Of a DNA stretch of 64,000 nt, positions 23,776-36,982 are shown piece after piece. Made by a program: the position numbers and the translations under genes. The notes under the pieces were generated by a model that saw nothing but the letters and a program-made list of their open reading frames with translations, was not told where the DNA came from and made no database searches. The DNA is from Octopus sinensis (Eukaryota): positions 141,422,001 to 141,486,000 of the forward strand of contig NC_042999.1 in the NCBI RefSeq assembly GCF_006345805.1, written 5' to 3'. Each line of letters starts with the position of its first letter. Positions within the stretch are counted from its first letter, which is position 1.

Positions 23776-25586
23776 TGCATCCTGGTATTTTAAGTTGCTT
23801 TTAAAGTGTTGGAGTTTAAGCATGAAACTGATTTGAGCACTATGATGTGTACCTATTATTTTACATCATATTACATGAAATTAATATATAATTTCACAAT
23901 GGAGAATGCTAACTATAACTCAGTGACTGTGAAGTGAGTTTCACAAACATTGTACTATGGTTGCCTTTTCTTTGTCAACAAGTCACTCATTAGCTCTGTG
24001 TTTTGAAGACATACATAATGAAAAACTCTGGCTTGAAATGCAGGTTAAGAGGCAGGAAGAGCATCTGGCTGTAAAAAAAACAGTACTTCAACAATATGTA
24101 TTTATCTAATCCATGCTAGCGTAGAAAAAACAGTTGTAAAAACAAATGAACATAGATATACTTACATAAATTCAATTATAATCAGCAAGTATTAAATATA
24201 AATGCACACACTGTGCAGACTGGCTTGCTTTCCAACTAAATCTGAGTTGCATGGATAAATTGCTTTTAAGAAAATGCTTTTAGCTTAATGTTTTAAACTT
24301 TTATTCTAATTTCTATGAATGGTGACTGCTTAAAAGTCACTGCTTAAAGCTTCTAACCAACTAAATTTCACCTTTACTAATTCTAATCATTATTAGCTTG
24401 ACCTACCAGTAATGACCTTGAAATTCAAATCCCTTAAGTTTTAAGTATCATGGCAGTATAGGTTTTCTTTAACCTCTCCTACCAAAAAGATGAAAAAAAA
24501 AGGAAAGAAACTGCTAAATGACAAAATGAGTTTTGTATATTTGCATCCAAAACTACATCTTTCAAAACTTTAAACTGCTAGTAAGTTGTATACAGCAGAA
24601 GGTAAGCATACTTTTAAGTTGTGTGTGACTTAGTTTTGCTTCCTGGTTGTGGCTATTTCCCTTCACATATATTGCTAAAGCCAATTCCTATTTTCCCTTT
24701 TCCTCAAAGTCAATAAGATTGTCTATTGATAGATATATCTCCGATTTCAGGAAGTCGAGCAATTTACTTTTCTTTCATAGTACATATGTCAGATAAACAA
24801 ATTTTGTTTTCTTTCGATGTGGTTCACATGCTCCAGATTTGTAGGGGAGAGGGAGGAACAAGATGGGAAATGGATTTGTAACTCGAGGGCTTTATCTACA
24901 TAAGAGATTAGTTGAGTAACATTAACTGAACAATTCAAGATACACAATTCTGTCTGATGTATTCCATTTCTTCTGAAGTTCTAACTTGTTTGTTAAGTTA
25001 CAGTTTCAGTTCTTTGATGACGTTTTTATTCCATTAAAGCTAATGTTAATTTACTTGTGACTTTTTTTCTTTCATATTTATAAAAATAATCCCCTTCCAG
25101 AATAATTTTCATGAGCCTTCTGTTATGTATCTTTATCATTTATTTTTTTTTTATTTATTAATGCTTTCTATAATTTATTTAGAAATAATCTTGGTCTTTC
25201 TTTGAATATAATTCTTCAATTTACAAGAGCTACTTATATAATTTACATATATTAAATACATTACTTCTTGAAAATCTTTGTAGTTGTGTTTTCACAATTT
25301 GAACAGAGAAAGTTGACAATGCATAATATGAATGAAATTTATTTTTTATTTTTGTTACACATTTTATTCTTAAGTCAGTTTTATTTTCTGTCTAAAGGGG
25401 ATCAAATTGGGTAGATTGTATAGATTTGATTTCTTTTTACTGAAATATATTTTACTTTAAATGCAAACTATACTTACCAGTTTTTATTGATATTTAACTC
25501 CTACCTCCTCAGCAAAAATATTTCCAAGTCACTGAAAAAGTTGGTGCACCTTTTTGTCTGTTGACATTTATAGTGATGTTTTCAAA

Positions 25587-26895
25587 ATTAGATAATACAT
25601 CTTTGGCAACAAGTACAGTGAAGAATTCCTGGTAGGGGCCCACCAAGGATCAGTCCTCAGTCCCCTCTTATTCATCATAGTCCTCTAGGCAATAACAGAG
25701 GAATTCAAGACAGGATGCCCCTGGGAGCTTCTCTATGCTGATGACTTTGTTCTAGTAACTGAGTCACTATCAGAACTAGAGAAGTTTGAGGTGTGGCTTT
25801 AGAGCCAATCTAGCAAAAACCAAAGCCTTAATAAGTAGAAAGGCAGATAAACCACAAATCCCTTCAAGTAGATGGCCCTGCTTGATCTGTAGAAAAGGTA
25901 TAGGTAGAAACTCCATAAGATGTACCTGGTGTAAGCTATGGACATGTAAGAGGTGCAGCAATATCAAAGGAAGGCTAACTAGGAAGATAGATTTTGTGTG
26001 TGGCAAATGCTCAGGGGCAATAAACCCTGAAAATGTGCAGAAAACGAGTAAAAGGTAACTGTATGACACATGTGTGCAAGCAGCCATGCTACATTGCAGT
26101 GAAGCATGGGCCGTGACTGGTGAGGACATGCGTAAGCTTGCAAGGAATGAAGCTAGTATGCTTCGCTGGATGTGTAATGTAAGTGTGCATACAGGACAGA
26201 GTGTAAGTGCTCTGAGAGAAAAGTTGGACATAAGAAACATCAGATGGGGTGTGCAAGAGACAACTGCACTGGTATGGTCATGTGTTGCAGATGGATGAGG
26301 ACAGCTGTGTAAAAAAGTGTTACACCCTAGCAGTTGAGGGAACCTGTGGAAAAGGTAGACCCAGGAAGACCTGGGATGATGTGTTGAAGCATGACCTCTG
26401 AATGTTGGGCCTCATAGAGGCAATGACAAGTGACCGAGACCTCTGGAGATATGCTGTGCTTGAGAAGACCCAGCAAGCCAAGTGAGACTGTAACTGTGGG
26501 GCCTTTGCCAGTGCAGCATAACCAGCCCATTTAAGAGTACCCTTCAATGATTGGGCAATAAACTGCGCTTGTGAAGACCTGTTGAGGCAAGTGAAGTCGT
26601 CATCGTGGTCAATGACAGTACTGCCTGATTGGCACCCGTGCGGGTAGCACGTAAAAAGCACCATTCGAGCTTGTTTGTTGCCAGTGCTGTCTGACTGGCT
26701 CCCATGCCAGTGGCACATAAAATGCACTATTTAAGCATGGCTGATGCCAGTACTGCCCGACTGGCCCTTGTGCCAGTGGCATGTAAAAAGCATCCACTAC
26801 ACTCTCTGGTGCAGTCTTCTGGCTTGCCAGCCTTCAGTCAAACTGTGCAGCCCATGCCAACATGGAAAATGGATGTTAAATGACAATGGTGATGA
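25587..26895 (+). mobile_element. RTE LINE, 5'-truncated and internally deleted
   Basis: HQGSVLSPLLF, ELLYADDFVL (RT motifs), Cys-rich WPCLIC...CTWC...KRC...CGKC, C-terminal LREKLDIRNI, tail. Confidence 0.92.
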
Positions 26896-27575
26896 TGTTA
26901 TGAATACCACTTCATTTAATTAAAAAGCATTTTGTTTGCAATGTTATTAATCTCATTGCATTTTGGGGAGTTTACTTTGAGCTTGTGTTATTTTTCTATG
27001 CTTATAAAAATTTAATTTTTTTTTTCTAGATAAATGGAAAAACTTTTGAGATTAGATATAGTTTTAATAAAACCGACATGGTTGCACACACACACACACT
27101 TGTATATGAACTCTCAGAAAGAAATGCAACATAATGCCTATAGTGAAATAAATTTCTGGTTGCTATGGAACAGCTTATTTATTTAACAAATCTCAGAGTT
27201 AGCATCAGGAAGAGAATTTGGTTATAAAATAATGCTTCAATCCCATTTAACCTATGCTAAGATGGAAAATGGAGGAGAAATAAATGAACAAGGGAGAAAA
27301 ATAGCCTTATCCAGTCAGTTGTGTTTTCTAAGAAATTTTTCTTCTCAGGGTAAAGCAACATCTTGTAAAATATTGATGTTTTATTAAGAAGGTGATTTTG
27401 TAAAACAAAAGTATTCATTTCATATTTTTTCAAATTAAACTAAGTGGTTTATTAAATCTATATAAAATTCTGTAATTCTTTGGATTTTTTTTTTTTTTGA
27501 TGTTTCATAGTGAAATGAAGGCATGACAATAATATTTCTAAAACTTACTCTTCTTATATAAACATGCATCATATG

Positions 27576-27581
<6 letters not shown>

Positions 27582-27617
<36 letters not shown>
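27582..27617. repeat. (TA)n microsatellite; others at 2122-2145, 5854-5877, 10713-10736, 28314-28336, 42306-42336, 46888-46921, 63710-63745, 63950-63990
   Basis: Directly visible; boundaries approximate. Confidence 0.95.
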
Positions 27618-27620
<3 letters not shown>

Positions 27621-28311
27621 ATCTCCAGAAAAAACAGTAAATCAAATAAAACTTATTTTTAGTTATGGACATTAATACATAAAGTTTTGTATCCTCCTCT
27701 TATAGATTATGTTGAAAAACCAGAGGGATGGTGTCATAAAAAAACCTAATTTTGTTTTAAAAAAAAACGAATTTGTGACTTATAAAGTTGATATTCATTT
27801 TATTACAGATTCTATTCATAATAATGGAAACTCTTTTGCAGAATTTTCCCATTTGTTTTCTATGTTTGTAACATGGCTACTTCTTATAAATTAACAAATA
27901 TTTTGTGTATGCAGGATTGTTATTTTAATGTCTATTTTTCCATACGTGGAGTAGTTTTCTACAGCTAGATACCCTTCCTAATGCCACCCCTCATCTGTCT
28001 CCAAGTGAAGTGATAATCTCCTAGTCTTTTGAACTATAAGCAACCTGAACTTGATGTGAAGATGTTAAGAACCTTGACACACTTCTGCAGTTGACTGCAA
28101 GTAAATTGCACTGTCCTACATTGTTAGGGAGGCCACTGTTTAGTGAACACTGAAAAAGAAGGAAATACAAACTCAATCACACAAACACACATGTGCACAT
28201 ATATATATATATCTGACGGATTTATTTCAGTGTTCATTTACAGAATCTATTTACAGAATCTATTTACAAGGTTTTGTTTTCCTAGGGCTATATAATACAA
28301 AAGAAGACCAG

Positions 28312-28348
<37 letters not shown>

Positions 28349-30700
28349 AAGTGTATTTGTGTTCTGACATTGTGTAATAATTGTAAGATAGCCTCATCGT
28401 ACAAGCAGTGTCATCCATTTTCATCAGGCATAGGGAAATATTACTTTGCTTGGAAATGTGAGGGTCGGTGACAGGAAAGATGTCAGGCCATAGAAAATTT
28501 GCCTTAACAAATTCTATATGACCTGTGCAAATATGGAAAAATGGACATTAAAACAGTGATTATAATATATATGGTAATAATACTTAATTTCTTCTTTTTT
28601 GAAACAAAACATTCTCTTTTACTCAAATCCTCCTCATTTTGCATCTGCCTATCTATACTAGCTTGGCTTGGACAGGTTATTGTGGTTTGAGTACATTACA
28701 TATTCAGCTAAGATTCTATGACTAGATTTCTTATTTTCAAATATGTTATAGGGTGTACTCTATATATTTTATAGTAGCACCAGTACTAAAGTTTGTCACA
28801 TCCCAAGCAAGATTAGGGTACTCTCTACCCAACATTGTTTCTGTTTGTTCACTGACATCAGAGAGGTCTCATTCTAGTAAAACTAAAGAGTCCTCTCTTG
28901 CATTATCTCTATTCATTTTTTGTTTTTACCCTCTATATTACTGAATAGGAAGAGTGTGATAGAAGAAACAATAATAGAAAAGAACCTAATTAAAGAGAAA
29001 GGTAGTTGTTGACAAAGAGATTGAATAGATGCAATCTGGAGCAAGTGCATTGAGAGAGTACAAAGTGAAAGGGTGATAGAAGTGATGGCTGTTGGTAAAA
29101 GATTTAATCAGTTTATATGAAGATTTAAGTATAATATTTAACATCTCCAATGGATGCATGTTTTGTGAGGTTTGTTCTCTTCACATCACTCTTCACTTCT
29201 TCCCATGTCTTCCTCAGTTTCTTTCTGCAGGTTTCACCTATTTGGAGCACTTTTAAAAATTTTCTTCATTCATCCTATAAATCTCACATGCCCATTCCAC
29301 CAGTCTCCTCTTTAGCACACTACATCCCATCTGATTTCCTCAGTTCATTTGTATTTTGCCTTTCTGCATACTAACTTTATAAAGCCAGCAGAGCATGTCT
29401 GCTTCATTTCTTTGTAGCCTTAGCAAATCATCCATGTGCAACATTGCAGTGTGTACACAAGCAGCATACACTCTATGCTAAAATTAATGCATGTATAGAG
29501 AATTGGTACTAATATTGCTGCTGATTGTTATACTAAGTATGGGCAAAGCTACAGTGACAACTGTGACTTCAAATATATTCCTCCTTCACTGGTTTTATTT
29601 GTTCTCATTGAAGGTGCTGAGTAGTAGAATTATTAGTGCCAGATAAAATGGCTTGCTTATCGTTGCTTGGAGGTTGATAATATAAGCAAACAATCTTGTT
29701 TGGTCTGATGGTGTGTCCCTTCTCTACAATTTCTACTCTCAAGACATTTCTTATTCTGGTAACCTAAGGCCACACCTGATTTTGATTACCATTTCAAGCT
29801 GTTTCCTTTTCACAAAAGTCATTCATCACAATACTGGTTCTCTACCAGTATATAAGGGTTAGCTATTCTTAACTTTTGTGCATTGTTAGTACTTTGACCT
29901 TCAGCTGTGTGACCTGAATTCACATTGCCTTGCTACTTTAAACTATCTAATTTAGTTCTCAGCCACCCTGAGTAGGTGAAATGAACATTCTTATATTTGA
30001 TATGACACACTAAGTATTGTTGCAGTGCATGTGCATGCATTTGAGCATTTACATTCAATAGATTAGGCTAAGCTGGGATAGGATTGCATTTTCATCTGTA
30101 TGCTCTTTAACCCCTGTCACTGCTACAGTATTTGCTCTTTGCTAAATCTTGTATTTATAGTAGCTAGTACTACTATCTTGGCATCTTTGATGTTGGTTTG
30201 AAGTAGGTACTGTGATTAAACAGTAACTTATAAAACCATAACTCCAGTATACATTTAATTCACTGGATCTTCTTCATTTAATGAATTAGTGTCTTTAGAA
30301 AATGTTTGGTTGATTTGACCTAACTTGATAAATCTGATGAATTGTGGCTATGTAAGAATTAATAGTAAAGATGCCACCATTACCATAGCTCTTAGTTGTA
30401 CACTTTGATGAAGCTCTATATTTTAATCACCTCAGTCTTCCTGAAGTTTCTAAGTTCATTGAATTCTCAAAAAAAGTGTTATAAAATGCATCTGCTTAGG
30501 TTTAACCAAAACTCATCTCATTCATTCTAGCCTTCGAAAATGGCTGATAAGCTTTAAAAAGAAATAAAGATTAAAGTTAACTGAACTCATGTAAGTTTAT
30601 TATGTGGGGTTAGTTCAACAACAGGGATTTTGTTTTTCTGATCTAATATTTTTTGTTCATGTAATTTGTTTTTTTCTTTCTTTTTAATCTGTTTTTATAG

Positions 30701-30794
30701 TAATGGTGATTTCTTCACAATTTTGAATCTTCCTGAGGGAGAACACCAATACAAATTCTATGTGGATGGTCAATGGATGCATGATCAGAATGAG
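30701..30794 (+). CDS. PRKAB1: AMPK beta coding exon 3
   Basis: TTTTATAG acceptor; (S)NGDFFTILNLPEGEHQYKFYVDGQWMHDQNE; donor GAG|GTAATG. Confidence 0.98.
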
Positions 30795-31289
30795 GTAATG
30801 TTCTATTTAAATTGTAAAGATTGATTTTAGTTATATTGAAATTTAGTATGGTAGTTATTGTTTAGCCCTTAGTCAACCCTGACTGAACTTATTATCAAAG
30901 GTATTCCAGACATGATCATTTTTCTTTTTTTCTTTCAGGCATTATCTAATGTGCCTTGCCTTTTTGTAAAAAAACAAAAGATGGATGGGGTTTGAGGGAT
31001 TCGGTTGTGAAATTCATGATGTTGAGTGGCCAGGTTTAAGTAGTGATTGTTTTCTTTATTTTGTTTTAATTTCATTTCAGGATTATTTCTTCCAATTTGA
31101 AATATTGTTGGAGATAACTGAGATTGTAGCATTCTAGTTGAGATGCTTTATAGTATCTAGTTTAGTACCTCATACTGTGTTAAAATTCCAGCTGATTAAA
31201 TTTTATCTTCTCTTCAAGATCTAGTAATATACTGGGGTTATTCAATCAACCAAATATCTTTCTTCAACCAAAATTGATTTTGTATTCTT

Positions 31290-31480
31290 TTACTTGTTTC
31301 AGTCATTTGACTGTGGCCATGCTGGAGCACTGCCTTTAGTTGAAGAAATTGATCCCAGGATTTATTCTTTTTAAACCTAGTACTTACTAAGAAATACTAG
31401 GCCTCTTTTGCTGAACCTTTAAGTTTCGGGGACGTAAAGATGCCATCACCGGTTGTCAAGTGATGGTGGGGAGAGAGAGA

Positions 31481-31513
<33 letters not shown>

Positions 31514-31660
31514 GGTTTCTTTGTTTCCATCTACCAAATCCACTCCCAAGGTTTTGGTTGGCCTGAAGTTATAGAAGACTCTTTCCTAAGATGCCACATA
31601 GTGGGTCTGAACTTGGAACCATGTGGCTGGGAAGCAAGCTTTTTACCACACAGCCACTTT
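31290..31660 (-). mobile_element. tRNA-derived SINE, near full length, CpG-decayed
   Basis: Reverse complement starts GTGGCTGTGTGGTAAAAAGCTTGCTTCCCAGCCACATGGTTCCAAGTTCAG (A/B boxes); internal (CA)n; same family as 63755-64000. Confidence 0.82.
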
Positions 31661-32724
31661 TTATTCAGGAGTAAGCAGTAATGGTTGAGTGTTGGGCTCT
31701 GTGCTTTGCATTATTTCCTTACACACCTTATGCTCTGAGGTCAAATTCTCTACCTAGTGAAATCACAGGTACTAGAAATATATTGGAGTTGCTTCTGTCA
31801 GATTGTCCCCAACAAAATTTCGCCTTATACCTTGTCAATAACTATTTGTTATTGACCAGTACTATTCTATAGGATTGAATTCTGGCAAGACTGTGGCTTA
31901 GTTTTAGTATGGCACTTCAGAAAAGGCTTGAGGAATAAAAACTAAGATCACATACAACATATAATGAATATTCCTTTACAAATAAGAAGCCTTATTTGCA
32001 ATTGATCAAGTCAACTCACATGTCCATCATTTTGTGGACTCAATAGTCCACTTCTTTTTACAACAATAAATATTAGTTTTATTGTGCAGTAACTCCTTAT
32101 AGCTGTAATTAATTCTATCACTCTGTGAAACCTACTAACCTGTAAGTGTATCTGGGTTATCTAAAAATCATCTTGACCATAAACCAAACAGTACTCGTCA
32201 CAGTATCAGAGCTGTTGTTCTCTAGACATTCTATCAGGTATGATAATGTTTATATGAATGTTGTTCTGCAGCCCTTAGTCAACTCTGTCTGTTTCTACAG
32301 ACCTATGGCAGGCAGGTTGTTTACCAAACAACTAGGCATGTGTAGTTCTATAAAGGTGTTTCTTTTTTTATAGTCTATTAATATTGAATTTAAAATTTTT
32401 TTAATGTTATGTTTACAGGCTTATTTTGTATTGAAATAATGTGATTTTTTTTAACAAAAGTATTTTGTGAGGCTTTGATGGGAGATAATAATATTCTGAA
32501 ATGTTATGTGAAGTTTTTGTAATTATTGCCTGAAATTTATGTATGTTTTGGAAAATATATTGTTGAAAATGTTTTTTAAACAGTTATTGCTTCTGTCCAC
32601 AATATAGTGTTGACACACATAAAAAATTATTCTGTGACAAATCCTTGTTTAAACAGTATTTAAGCCCTGACTGTTGTCTTTTGTAGTCTCTTCTGTTCAG
32701 AATTTTGTGTGGTATCTGTTGTAA

Positions 32725-32872
32725 TGATATGAAACTAAATATACTTAGTTTCATATTGTTAAATACACTGTCGCGGATAAAAGGTGGTCGGCTTGGTGAT
32801 TAGTGGGGGTGACAGTCGAATAGATAACCAATCACTCTGCATCACGTTATTGGAGTGCTTGTATGGCACAAT
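32725..32872 (+). repeat. 5' LTR-like direct repeat
   Basis: TGATATGAAAC...GGCACAAT; aligns without gaps to 36010-36157 with 24 mismatches. No clear TSD or PBS found. Confidence 0.8.
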
Positions 32873-35800
32873 ATGATGGAAGTGGTAAAATAAGATAAAT
32901 ATATCAAATCAAAACTCGGATTACCAACATGTAAGGTAATGAAATTAATTACAATACATTATGATCATGTCGTGGATCAAAGGCCTGAAAGAAACATACC
33001 CAATTCTTTTCGACAGCCTGGGTAACTTCAAAGAACCTGCACAACTATACATAAAAGCAAGCTCGGAACCCTTCATTGACCTACCTCGGAAATGCTCAGT
33101 TCATCTGAAAAATCTCAAGATTGATCTCCAGAAGATGGAAGAAATGGAGGTCATCAAGCCTGTGAAACAACATACAGATTGATGTTCAAGCATGGCATAT
33201 TCTGTAAAAAAAAGATGGATCACTTTGCATTTGCATCGACCCACAAAAACTTAATCAAGCACTGAAAAGATGCCCCCACAAAATCCCAATGGTGGAAGAG
33301 GTGAACCCTCACTTTGCTGGTTCTGGCATATTCAACAAACTAGATGGAAAAGCAGGATACTGGTCAGTTCATCTGGATGAAGAAAGCCAGCTGCTCACAA
33401 CCTTCCATTTAGAAAATATTGTTGGACTAGATTGCCATTTGGTCTAAAGGTATCTAAAGATATCTTTCAAGTTAAAATGAATGAAATCATTGAAGAACTC
33501 CCAGGGGCTGTTGGAATAACCGATGACATTGCTGTTCATGGCAAAGACAAAGAAGAGCATGACAGAAATCTACAAAGACTCATGGATAAAGCTAAAGAAT
33601 CTGGATCGGTGACAAATGCCACATTTGTCAACCTGAAATCTCTTTTTTTTAAAAATGTTTATATGTTTATTCCAAAGAAGGCATCAGGGCAGACCCAGCA
33701 AAAGCTTGTGACATTTAAAACATGCTTGTTCCAGAAAACAAAGAAGAGCTGCAAAAATTCTTGGGAATGATGAATTACTTTCCAACATTCATTCCAAACT
33801 TCAGCATGGAAGCACAACCATTCAGGGACCTACTCAAGAAAAATATACCATTTGAGCTGTCTGAAGACTACATACACTGCTTTGGAAAACTTAAACCAAC
33901 CATTTCAGAGAAATCAAACCTCAGGTTCTTTGACCCACAGAAGCCAACAGGATTCAAGGTAGACAGCTCTTTGAAAGGACTTGGAGCAGCTGTCATACAA
34001 GATGGCAAACCTGTGGCATTTTCATTGAAAGTAACTCAGTTAAACTACCCAAACATTGATCATGAAATGCTGGCTGTGGTATTCGGAATCACCTGTTTCC
34101 ACACATTCCTTTATGGACTTCCATTTGAAGTCATCACAGACCACAAACCCCTGGAGGTGATCACAGAAAAACCCCTTCTTCGAGCACCACCCTGACGACA
34201 AAGGATGCTCCAGAAAATTCAGGGATATTTCAAAATCAAATACTGCCCAGGGCTTACCATGACATTGGCCAACACCCTCTCTCACCTCCCAAGTTGTGAA
34301 GACAATGAAGACATTGACCTGAACTTGAGAGTAGATGGGATCGAATTGACTGCTGGAGAAGTCCACCAATCTGAATTTGACCGTGTCAATTTTTTCATCA
34401 ACAAACATTACCAACTGCGTGAGTTCACCAACAGAGATTCTACTTTGGCTACACTGATGGAAACAATCACCTATGGGTGGCCAGACAACATCAAACACGT
34501 CCCAGATGATATAAAGGCATACAGGTCTTTTCAAGATGATTTGGCTGTAGAAGGTGGAATCCTCTTTGAAGGGACACAACTGTTGATATCTTCTCTACGA
34601 CATGACATTCTAGTACAGCTCCATGCCTTTTATCAAAGGATAAAAAAGACCAAACTTCCACACATACCTTTACGGACTTCTATTTGAAGTCATCACAGAC
34701 CACAAACCCCTGGAGGTGATCACAGAAAGACCCCGTCTTCGAGCACCACCCTGACTACAAAGGATGTTTGTCCAACAGACACTTGAAAGCGTCTGTTGGA
34801 CAAACATCAAAAAAATGTGCAGATTCTGTCAAATATGCTAAGAATATGCAACTGTCAACAACAAAGAACCACTGATACTGCATGACATTTTCAGTGCACC
34901 ATGGAAAAAACTAGGAATAGATCTATTTGAAATCAACAGTAAAACTTATCTGCTCGTTTGTGACTACTTCTCCAAATTTCCAATTGTGACTCACCTCAGC
35001 CAAACCACAAGCAAAGCAGTTACAGAGGAATTCAAAAAGACTCTCTCTTCGGCAGACCTGATAAAATTTTCAGCGACAATTGTCCTCAATTTACTGGAAA
35101 ACCATTTCAACAATTCACACAGAAATGGGGAAGTCAACACACTATATCATCACCAAGGTACCCCTAATCAAACAGATTCATAGAGACAAGTACTGACAAT
35201 TAAAAAGACAATCCAAAAATGTGAACAAAACTAAGAAGACGTAAACAGTGCATTGTTGAATCTAAGAGCCACACCATTAAACTCAAAGATGCCGTCACCT
35301 GCTGAGATCCTATTGAGCATACCAACCACAACACTTGTGCCATTACGCTGGAGCTATTCTCATGAAACTCAAAGACAGAAAACTTCTTGAAGAAAATACA
35401 AATGAAAACTGCACATGACAAGCATGCAAAGATGGACCTACCTCCATTGCACAAAGGACAAGCTGTACAAGTCCTTGACAAAAGCAACAAACGTTGGATA
35501 CCTGAAGAAATAGCAAGACAATGTAAAGAACTGAGGTCTTACATTGTAGAAACAATACATGGAGATTTGCAGAGAAACAGAGGGGAACTGAGAGATACTG
35601 GAATAGGCATAGACAGACAGTATGAACAGACTACTGAGATGGAAATGTCTGCTAGATCGCCCAACAGTATAGACAACTGTCCAACAGACCCTACATACTC
35701 CATGGAAAATGTTATTCAACTTGACTCAAAGAGAGAAATCACAAATTCTCCACCTGATAACAATGCAAAATCATAAAATAATGGCCAGATGCATGAGAAA

Positions 35801-36009
35801 TGCTCAACACCAACCCCCAAAATAAACACAAGATCAGGCAGAACAATGAAAACACTGGAGTGCTACAAAAACTTTGTACCATAAAACTTATGTTATTTGA
35901 AGTGCATGGTGCATATTGCTCTTGCAACAAGTTTTTTTTCTTTCTTTGAGGGAGAAGAAACCCTATTTTCATTTGTCATTTTTATTAGTTTGTGAATTGC
36001 TTAAAGAAA

Positions 36010-36157
36010 TGATACGAAACTAAATGTACTTAGTTTTGCATTGTTAAATACGCTGTCATGGATAAAAGGCAGTCAGCTTGGTGGCTAGTGGGGACAGCAG
36101 TCGAATAGACAACCAACCACTCTGCATTGCATTATTGAAGTGCTTATATGGCACAAT
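36010..36157 (+). repeat. 3' LTR-like direct repeat
   Basis: TGATACGAAAC...GGCACAAT; a purine tract GAGGGAGAAGAAA lies ~50 nt upstream. Confidence 0.8.
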
Positions 36158-36864
36158 CATTTTCATGTGTACACTTTTCTGCTTGCATAAGTCAAGCATA
36201 ACTATGTTGAAGCAGAGTTTTTCTGTGGCTGGACGCTCTTCTTGTTGCCAATTCCCATTTGTTTCGACTTGAGATAATTATCTTCCAGACAACTGAATGG
36301 CATACATGATGTTTATATGGAGAAATAGAAACACAGGATACTTGATGAACAAACCTTTTGCTTACAAAGATCACACAACATGTCTAAAAGTCTGGATGTG
36401 TTCTTGTGACTGCAAGCAAATGACACTACTAACAAAGATATTATTTACAATCAGTGAATAAATACATGTAAACAAGGAAATATGCACGCAACACTTATCT
36501 GACCAGTTTCTGTATACCAAATCAGGAGGCTTTAATTAACCTGGGGCTATGATAGAAGACACATCCTTGATATGCCATTTGGTTGGGAAGCAAGCTTCTG
36601 AACCACACAGCCATATTCACAGGATAGATTTTAAAGGAGATTTTGCTGAAGTTGGAGGCTTTTTTGTTGAGTCTACCAATATGATTTAGTTTTGTAAGTT
36701 TAAAAATCATAGTCTTCAATCAGCACATAATTTTATCTTTATATGGTCAGATAGGTAGTTTTAAATGTGCATATTTTGTAACTTTTTATTACCTAAAGAG
36801 GATTTTTTGGCCATCGTTAACTGATCAAATTTTTTCTTTTTCTTCTTTTTTTTTTTACTTTCAG

Positions 36865-36982
36865 CCGACAGTTCCAAACGCAATGGGGACATTGAATAAT
36901 GTGGTAGTTGTTAACAAAAGTGATTTTGAAGTATTTGAAGCCCTGGCAATTGACAGTGAAAATTCTGGTAATAAAAGAAAAA
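36865..36982 (+). CDS. PRKAB1: AMPK beta coding exon 4
   Basis: TTTCAG acceptor; PTVPNAMGTLNNVVVVNKSDFEVFEALAIDSENSGNKRK+A; donor GTAAGT, phase 1. Confidence 0.97.

Larger units (their letters stand above)
32725..36157 (+). mobile_element. Ty3/Gypsy LTR retrotransposon, decayed, gag/protease apparently deleted
   Basis: RT (LPFGLKVSKDIFQ, ITDDIAVHG), RNase H (VDSSLKGLGA, EVITDHKPL), integrase (PWKKLGIDLFE, CDYFSKFP, DNCPQF) in Gypsy order, bracketed by 148-bp direct repeats. Confidence 0.92.
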
